40,574 nucleotides of DNA, from NCBI GenBank assembly GCA_964467325.1, contig CAYXSG010000002.1, forward strand, positions 1-40,574. Direction: 5' to 3'. The notes under the pieces are model-generated. The model was not told where the DNA came from and made no database searches. It worked only from the letters and a program-made list of their open reading frames with translations. Each line of letters begins with the position of its first letter. Positions within the stretch are counted from its first letter, which is position 1. Shown in pieces: positions 34,897-40,574 of this stretch. Origin of the DNA: an uncultured Candidatus Saccharibacteria bacterium (lineage in GTDB: Bacteria > Patescibacteriota > Minisyncoccia > Phycocordibacterales > JAKAEA01). The translations under genes and the position numbers were made by a program.

Positions 34897-37670
34897 GGTA
34901 TTTTATTATTTTTATATTTCTCGGAAATTTCCGCTTCGATCACTGCTCGGTCTTTGCCGAAAGTGAGGTACGAAAGCTGTTTGAGTTTTTCCACGACTTC
35001 GGGATTGCCTTTCGGCGCCGGGAGCGTTTCAATGTTGAACGGCTTCATGGGCCGACCATTGGAGAGAATCTTAAGATAAGCATTGTAATTGTCAATGTTC
35101 ATGATGTCTTTCGCGGAGAAAGTCGGCGCGAGCTGTTTTTCCAAATATTCTGCGTCGTCGGAACCCACTCGGAAAATGGCCATAGAACCGACGTTCCCAA
35201 ACACCGAATCTTTAATTTTTTCATCGAGCTGGGCGATGAACTGATGCGCCACGTTGAGCGAGAGTTTATATTTTCTAGCTTCAGAAAGAATAGAAGAAAT
35301 CGAATCGGTTGTCACGTTCTGAAACTCGTCGATATAAAGATAGAAAGCTGGCGGATTGAGGTGCAGGCTGTCGGCACGAGAAAGTGCGGCCATGAGAATT
35401 TTACCGACTAAAATCAAGCCGATGAGGTTGGCATTAATATCTCCCAATCGGCCTTTCGCTAGATTCACAAGCAAAATCTTTTTATTGTCCATGACTTCCC
35501 GGAAGTTGAACGACGATTTCTGCTGGGAAATAATCGGCCTCATGATTTCGTTGGACAAGAAGTTGTCAAACTTGGATGTGATGTACGGCACAATGTTCGC
35601 GAGCGAAGCTTCCCCGCCGGCTTTCTCCGCCACTTCGCGCCAAAATTGCACGACAATTGGATTGGTACAATGCGAAAGCTTGAGCTCGCGGAATGCTTTG
35701 TTGGCCAAAACTTTGGAAACTTCTAGGAGCGTGCTGCCGGTGTCGGGATCTTCAATCGTGAGCATTACCGCATTTCGGAAATATTGCTCAAACATCGGAC
35801 CGCCCGCCGTTTTCATATCAAAAAGCTTGTTGAAAATAGAAAGCATTTCGTTGACGACGAAAGTTTTCTGCTCTGGATAGCGCCGATCGTACTCAAGCAT
35901 ATTTAGACCCATCGGTCGCGCGGTATAACTCGGATCAAAATAAATCACGTCCTTATATCGCTCTTTCGGCACCGCCGCGAGAATATCCAAAATGTCCACG
36001 CCGTGCGGATCGATGACGCACACACCGTCGCCCGAGGCAATATCCTGAATCGCCATGTTTTTCAGCAAGTTTGATTTACCGGTACCGGTTTGGCCGATGG
36101 CATAAAAATGCCGTAGCCGATCTTCTTTCGCCAGAAAAACTTTCGTCTCCGAATTTCGGAAACGGTTCACGCCGAGTAAAGTGCCAGCTTGAGGCAAATC
36201 CATGGGCGCCGCCGCCGAGCCCGATTTGGATTGCTTGAGCTGAGGCGCGAGCTTCACCGTGATGCCTGGGAAATGAAAAATAGTAGTTAATTCTTTAAAA
36301 TTCAAAGGCAAAACATGATTGCCAGAAAATGCTCTGAAAGAAAAATCTTTAGCCAGCAATCTAGATTTTCTTTCGTCCAACCTTTTGAATACGATTTTAT
36401 TGCTTCCTGGATTGTCTAGCTGGTTGAAGCTCGATTCTAAATCGCCGAGAATTTTTACCGCTTCGCTTTCAGTTTGTGCCGATGCGACAATTCTCAAGTT
36501 GATCTCGCACATCGGACTCGCGATTTTTTCTTTGATAAGCGCCAGCGCCGTTTCATCCACCTGCTTCTCTTTATTTTTCTCAGCTTCTTCGGCTTTTTTC
36601 TTGGAATCGTCAATCACGGTATGCTTCAGAGCTTGCTTGAAAACCGAGAAAAATTCCTTGAACTCCGACTGCGACAGCGCTTTTTTCGTCGGCACACCTT
36701 TCTGGATTTTCTCCATCGTATGCTTGTAGTTTGGAATGTAAGTTTGCGTCGGCGCATGAAAAACAATCTGAATGGCCGCACCTTCGCCGTCTTTTTTGAT
36801 TTTGGAAAACGTATTCAAAACCACGTTGAGCGGATCGTGGTCAAAAGTGTCATAAGTTTTAATCGGAAAATTCGGATGATTGTCCAAGTCGGCCACCGAG
36901 CCGAGTGTCACGCCACCTTCGCTGAAAATATTGTAATCATCAGGATTTTCTTTGATGCGCGCATGCGGAAAGAGCGACAAAATCTGCTTTTCAAAAAGAT
37001 TTTTCTTGTGATCCGGCACCGAAACGAAAAAAATAAACTCTTCGCTGTGGTTTGGATTGGCAATTTCCAGCGTCATGTACTGACCAGGATCGCTCTTGTC
37101 GTCTACCGAAAGCATGCCGGCGTAAAATTGCTCCATCGCGGAAACGATTTCTTTGAGCTCTTTTTCGTGTTCACCTTTTTCTGGATGCTCTTCCGGCAGA
37201 GAAATTTCGTAGAGCGTCATGTTGAGCTCGCGAAACAGTTCAGACTTCGGCGCCAAATCTTTCACCTCAAAACCTTTCTTAATGTAGCCGACTAAAAACC
37301 GGTGAAAATCGTCTTCAAGATGCGGATCATTCAAAGCATCCAAAACCGAAAGCGTATTTTTCACACCTTTCTCGCGCAAAACCTTGAGAAGCTCGGCCAT
37401 TTTCACATCGTGTGCTTCGGGCGCAAGGTTGAGTGCCAGCTCGGCAATCTCAGCCGCGCCGGTTTCAAAACTTGGGTGAAGCACTTGCGCGGCCGGCTTG
37501 TAGCTGTAATCTTTAATCTGATCGGCAACAATTTCTTCGCGCTTCACCTCGGCATTGCGCGCTCGCAAATCATGCTCGCGCAGCGCCACTTCCCTGCGCA
37601 AATGTTCGAGCTCTTCCTCCGGCGAACCAAACTTTTGTTCGCCATTAAAAAACGACTTTTCCATTGCCAA
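34893..37670 (-). CDS. VirD4/TraG/HerA-like P-loop ATPase with an unrecognised N-terminal half of about 500 aa
   Basis: 925 aa with Walker A GQTGTGKS, Walker B FYLYIDEFQN, and KYKLSLNVAHQFIAQL...GNVGSMAIFRVG. No TM helices are visible. Confidence 0.85.
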   Translation of the reverse strand: MAMEKSFFNGEQKFGSPEEELEHLRREVALREHDLRARNAEVKREEIVADQIKDYSYKPAAQVLHPSFETGAAEIAELALNLAPEAHDVKMAELLKVLREKGVKNTLSVLDALNDPHLEDDFHRFLVGYIKKGFEVKDLAPKSELFRELNMTLYEISLPEEHPEKGEHEKELKEIVSAMEQFYAGMLSVDDKSDPGQYMTLEIANPNHSEEFIFFVSVPDHKKNLFEKQILSLFPHARIKENPDDYNIFSEGGVTLGSVADLDNHPNFPIKTYDTFDHDPLNVVLNTFSKIKKDGEGAAIQIVFHAPTQTYIPNYKHTMEKIQKGVPTKKALSQSEFKEFFSVFKQALKHTVIDDSKKKAEEAEKNKEKQVDETALALIKEKIASPMCEINLRIVASAQTESEAVKILGDLESSFNQLDNPGSNKIVFKRLDERKSRLLAKDFSFRAFSGNHVLPLNFKELTTIFHFPGITVKLAPQLKQSKSGSAAAPMDLPQAGTLLGVNRFRNSETKVFLAKEDRLRHFYAIGQTGTGKSNLLKNMAIQDIASGDGVCVIDPHGVDILDILAAVPKERYKDVIYFDPSYTARPMGLNMLEYDRRYPEQKTFVVNEMLSIFNKLFDMKTAGGPMFEQYFRNAVMLTIEDPDTGSTLLEVSKVLANKAFRELKLSHCTNPIVVQFWREVAEKAGGEASLANIVPYITSKFDNFLSNEIMRPIISQQKSSFNFREVMDNKKILLVNLAKGRLGDINANLIGLILVGKILMAALSRADSLHLNPPAFYLYIDEFQNVTTDSISSILSEARKYKLSLNVAHQFIAQLDEKIKDSVFGNVGSMAIFRVGSDDAEYLEKQLAPTFSAKDIMNIDNYNAYLKILSNGRPMKPFNIETLPAPKGNPEVVEKLKQLSYLTFGKDRAVIEAEISEKYKNNKIP

Positions 37671-37673
37671 TTA

Positions 37674-38444
37674 TTATAGCATGGTCAAAATCTCTGCGCC
37701 TTTTTCGGTGATGACGATGGTGTGCTCAAAATGCGCGGCCAGCGATTTGTCTTTAGTTTTAAAAGTGTAACCATCTTTAGCGATGTAAACATCAGGGCGG
37801 CCGAGTGTGAGCATCGGCTCAATCGCAATCACCATGCCAGCTTTGAGCAAAACGCCTTCGCCTTTGTTGCCGTAGTTTGGCACGAACGGATCTTCGTGCA
37901 CTTCGTAACCAACGCCGTGGCCGGCGAGCTCTTCAATAATGCCAAACTTGTGCGGCTTCACAAAACTCTCAATCGCAAAACCAATATCACCGGTGCGCGC
38001 ACCTGCTTTTGCGGCATCAATACCAACGTAAAGCGCTTCGCGTGTAATTTTCAAAAGCTTTTCGGTTTTGCTATCCGCTTTGCCGGCAATGACAGTGATG
38101 GCGTGGTCGGTGATGAGTTTGTTGTGAGTGAGGCCGAGGTCGAGCGAAACCACATCGCCGTCTTTTATGATTTTCGGCTTTTCATTCGGAATGCCGTGCA
38201 CCACTTCGTCGTTCACAGAAACGCAGAGCGACGCTGGGTACGGCCGACTCGCGCCTTTTGGCTGATAATTTAAAAAAGCCGCACGGTCTCCGCCGGCGCG
38301 AATTAGCTCCTCGGCTTTATTGTTTAAAAAATCTGTAGAAACACCCACTTTCACTTCCAAAGAAACTGCATGCAAAATCTGCGCCAAGCGTTTCCCGCCT
38401 TCGCGCAAAGTTTCAATATCTTTTGGCGTTTTAATTTTAATCAT
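37674..38444 (-). CDS. map: type I methionine aminopeptidase
   Basis: 256 aa with metal ligands in the VVSLDLG, HGVGYEVHE and IEP contexts. It overlaps adk by 4 nt. Confidence 0.95.
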   Translation of the reverse strand: MIKIKTPKDIETLREGGKRLAQILHAVSLEVKVGVSTDFLNNKAEELIRAGGDRAAFLNYQPKGASRPYPASLCVSVNDEVVHGIPNEKPKIIKDGDVVSLDLGLTHNKLITDHAITVIAGKADSKTEKLLKITREALYVGIDAAKAGARTGDIGFAIESFVKPHKFGIIEELAGHGVGYEVHEDPFVPNYGNKGEGVLLKAGMVIAIEPMLTLGRPDVYIAKDGYTFKTKDKSLAAHFEHTIVITEKGAEILTML

Positions 38445-39031
38445 ATTCCCGCCTTCCTCTTAAGCTCTTCAAACACGGCCGGAATGGCTTGCTCGCCGTT
38501 TATGTCGAGAACCGTATAGTATGCGCTTTGGCGAAAATAATCAATGGTTGGAACAACATTCTTACCAAACCAGTCCAGCCGGTTTTCAATGTCGATTTTG
38601 TTGTCGTCGCCACGCGCTCGGCCCAAGAGTCGCTCGCGTGCCCAATCGTCCGAAACATTCATCACAATGACAAACGGCTTTTGGCGCTTGTAAAACTTCA
38701 GCGCATCGTCAAGAATCGGCGCTTCGTACGGCTGGCGCGACAAACCGTCCAAAACCAAATGTTCGTGGCCCGCCACCTTTCGCACAAACTGGTCAGTCCA
38801 AATCCAAATCGGAATGAACGACGGCAAAAGCCCGCCTTCAGCCATCACCTTCGCCGTCAGCTCAGCGGACAGTCCGATTTCCTGGGAAAACTCGCGCAAG
38901 TTCGCGCCGGTTTCCACGTACACAATTTTATTTTCCGGATCTTTCTTGCTTAAATACTCAATCAAAAGCTTAGCCTGCGTGCCCTTGCCGCAACCCGATT
39001 TGCCAAAAAAGATGAAGGTTTGAGGAATCAT
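38441..39031 (-). CDS. adk: adenylate kinase family protein
   Basis: MIPQTFIFFGKSGCGKGTQAKLL contains the P-loop, and the gene sits in the secY-adk-map position. The start is taken at ATG 39031 because of the promoter geometry. Confidence 0.8.
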   Translation of the reverse strand: MIPQTFIFFGKSGCGKGTQAKLLIEYLSKKDPENKIVYVETGANLREFSQEIGLSAELTAKVMAEGGLLPSFIPIWIWTDQFVRKVAGHEHLVLDGLSRQPYEAPILDDALKFYKRQKPFVIVMNVSDDWARERLLGRARGDDNKIDIENRLDWFGKNVVPTIDYFRQSAYYTVLDINGEQAIPAVFEELKRKAGI

Positions 39032-39037
39032 GAAATA

Positions 39038-39046
39038 ATAATAGCA
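39038..39046 (-). promoter_or_regulatory. extended -10 (TGcTATTAT) 6 nt before adk ATG 39031
   Basis: Leaderless geometry, located just downstream of the repeat element. Confidence 0.45.
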
Positions 39047-39074
39047 TAAAAACATCTCCCGCCCGCCAAAAATT

Positions 39075-39210
39075 CAGAACACCTCGACCTCAGAAGGCCA
39101 CTCCTCTTTATCAAAAGAGGAGATAAGAACTTACACAAGAGTTTGTTAGCAAGTCGGAATCTCCCCCTTAGACAAAGGGGAGTGGCGAGTCTGCGAGCCG
39201 AGGGGTTCTG
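39075..39210. mobile_element. full-length palindromic MITE/REP-like element
   Basis: Terminal inverted repeats CAGAACACCTCG...CGAGGGGTTCTG and two hairpin arms. It is flanked by the 3-bp direct repeat ATT (39072-39074 and 39211-39213) and lies 3 nt from the secY stop. Confidence 0.8.
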
Positions 39211-39213
39211 ATT

Positions 39214-40494
39214 TTAGTACTCCCTCATGGAAAGCTGAGCTTCGGTTTTTTTGATGAGGTCGATGACCACGGAGACGACGATGAGCAGAGCGGTGCCGCC
39301 GATGGTGAACGAAGCGATGCCAGAGAAAGCGCGAACAATGAGCGGCAGAATGGCGATGACGCCGAGAAAGAGCGCGCCGAACGCAGTGAGGCGCGTCAAG
39401 ATTTTAGAAACGTAAATGGCAGTCGACTGGCCCGGTCGGACGCCTGGAATGAATGCGCCGTTTTTCTGAAGATTTTCAGACATCTGGTTTGGATCAAAAG
39501 TGACAGCCGTGTAAAAATAAGTGAAAGCGAACACGAAGATGAAATAGAGTGCGGCGTAAATCCAACCGTTTGGATTCGTGGCAGCAAGAACCCACTGCGA
39601 AATGCCGGCGAGCAGAACGCTTGAGGCAAATCTCTTGGCGATGAATTGGAAAATGATTTGCGGGAAGACGAGAATGGAAAGTGCGAAGATAATTGGAATG
39701 ACGCCGGACTGATTCAAACGGAGCGGAATGTAGGTGGAAACGCCGCCGTAAATTTTGTTGCCGCGCACGCGCTTGGCGTACGTGACCGGAATCGGTCGTT
39801 CAGCTTCGGTAATAACCACAACGGCGTAAGTGACCACGAGAATGCCAATTATCAGCGCTAGATAAACCGGGATTTGCGAAGGATCAAAAGAATAGAGCGT
39901 CTGGCTGGCAGAAGTTGGCAATCTGGAAACAATACCAGCGAAAATAATGAGCGACGCGCCGTTGCCCACGCCGAATTCGCTGATGCGTTCGCCGAGCCAA
40001 ACCAGAAACACCGAGCCCGCGGTAATTAAACTCAAATTGCGAATCGTTTCAAACGCTGTGAGCGAGCTGATGACGCCTTGATTTTGAAGCAAAATTAGAA
40101 AGCTCCAGCCTTGAATGATTGCGAGTGGCACGGTGAGCATTCTGGAATACTGGCCAAACTTTTTGCGACCATATTCCCCTTCTTCCTGATACATGGCTTT
40201 GAGCCGCGGCGAAAGCAGAGTGGCGAGCTGCATGATGATGGTAGAAGTGATGTATGGACCAACGCCGAGCATGACGAGCGAAAGTTGAGAAAGACTGCCG
40301 CCGGTAAAAATATTCAAAAGACCGAGAAGTTGGTTATTAGCAAAAAATGCGTGAAGCTCAGCCGTATCAATACCTGGCACCGGAATCGCCGCAAGCAATC
40401 TGAAAGCCGCCAAAATCCCGAGCGTGATTAAAACTCGCTTGCGCAAAGTTGTGTCCGCAAAAACCAACCGCATTTTTTCTAAGAAAGCGTTCAT
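39214..40494 (-). CDS. secY: preprotein translocase subunit SecY
   Basis: 426 aa with 10 TM helices and typical SecY motifs. Its ATG overlaps the rplO TGA. Confidence 0.97.
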   Translation of the reverse strand: MNAFLEKMRLVFADTTLRKRVLITLGILAAFRLLAAIPVPGIDTAELHAFFANNQLLGLLNIFTGGSLSQLSLVMLGVGPYITSTIIMQLATLLSPRLKAMYQEEGEYGRKKFGQYSRMLTVPLAIIQGWSFLILLQNQGVISSLTAFETIRNLSLITAGSVFLVWLGERISEFGVGNGASLIIFAGIVSRLPTSASQTLYSFDPSQIPVYLALIIGILVVTYAVVVITEAERPIPVTYAKRVRGNKIYGGVSTYIPLRLNQSGVIPIIFALSILVFPQIIFQFIAKRFASSVLLAGISQWVLAATNPNGWIYAALYFIFVFAFTYFYTAVTFDPNQMSENLQKNGAFIPGVRPGQSTAIYVSKILTRLTAFGALFLGVIAILPLIVRAFSGIASFTIGGTALLIVVSVVIDLIKKTEAQLSMREY

Positions 40495-40574
40495 GAAATT
40501 GTGCCCCCAACTTTAAGGATTTTTTCTTTAGCCGAAGCTGACAGCGCCAAATCTTTGACCGCGAGCTTCTTCGT
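40491..40574 (-). CDS. rplO: 50S ribosomal protein L15, C-terminal fragment running off the window
   Basis: ...TKKLAVKDLALSASAKEKILKVGGTIS* is a typical L15 C-terminus. It shows ATGA coupling to secY. Confidence 0.8.
   Translation of the reverse strand, partial: TKKLAVKDLALSASAKEKILKVGGTIS

Noticed and set aside
36474-37295. 273-aa plus-strand ORF antisense to the 925-aa ATPase gene, with similar cases at 35356-35880 and 34878-35411
   Set aside because: These are shadow ORFs. Their compositions are F/R/K-rich with no RBS or promoter, and the opposite strand carries clear Walker motifs.

Overview
A 40.6-kb, densely coding chromosomal window with about 55 protein genes, 2 tRNAs and a tmRNA, mostly on the minus strand. 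All family calls come from motifs I recognised by eye; no searches were run. The gene content (a type IV pilus locus with no secretin, gatCA, an Ndk with long inserts, very short intergenic gaps) suggests a small-genome Patescibacteria/CPR bacterium, probably Parcubacteria-like. That assignment is inference. The genetic code looks standard, because TGA ends conserved genes at their expected lengths.

Gene order: a gene fragment, gatA-gatC, an orphan, ligA, then a 13-kb pilus locus. The pilus locus holds 4 minor pilins, pilD, 4 pilins, pilC, pilT, a receiver-only regulator, pilB, a 122-aa gene, and pilO-, pilN- and pilM-like genes, with comF divergent from it. Next come small orphans, DUF805, a deaminase, tRNA-Ser(GCU), a cupin, recG, a Cys-rich orphan, tRNA-Ile(UAU), ftsH and smpB-ssrA. 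An AT-rich islet follows (frameshifted GNAT, M16 peptidase, tiny acidic ORF). The window ends with a bPH membrane protein, cspA, a ZIP transporter, infC-rpmI-rplT, an MBL/beta-CASP hydrolase, a heptad-repeat coiled-coil protein, ndk, a 925-aa VirD4/HerA-like ATPase, map, adk, secY and a partial rplO.

Main observations:
1. A palindromic MITE/REP-like element family with 8 arms at 5 loci. It has terminal inverted repeats, 3-bp flanking duplications and compensatory stem changes. Two arms are translated in frame inside the essential genes ligA and gatA.
2. A large coupling-protein-like ATPase with an unrecognisable N-terminal half, translationally packed into the tail of the secY-adk-map operon.
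3. Fourteen genes have a -10 box, mostly extended (TGnTAnnnT), exactly 6-8 nt before the start codon and no Shine-Dalgarno, which points to leaderless mRNAs and revises several start codons.
4. A tRNA-Ile with anticodon UAU.
5. An AT-rich islet next to ssrA, containing a GNAT gene broken at a T_TTT_TTC slippery heptamer.
6. A promoter-to-terminator unit of about 180 nt that may be an sRNA.
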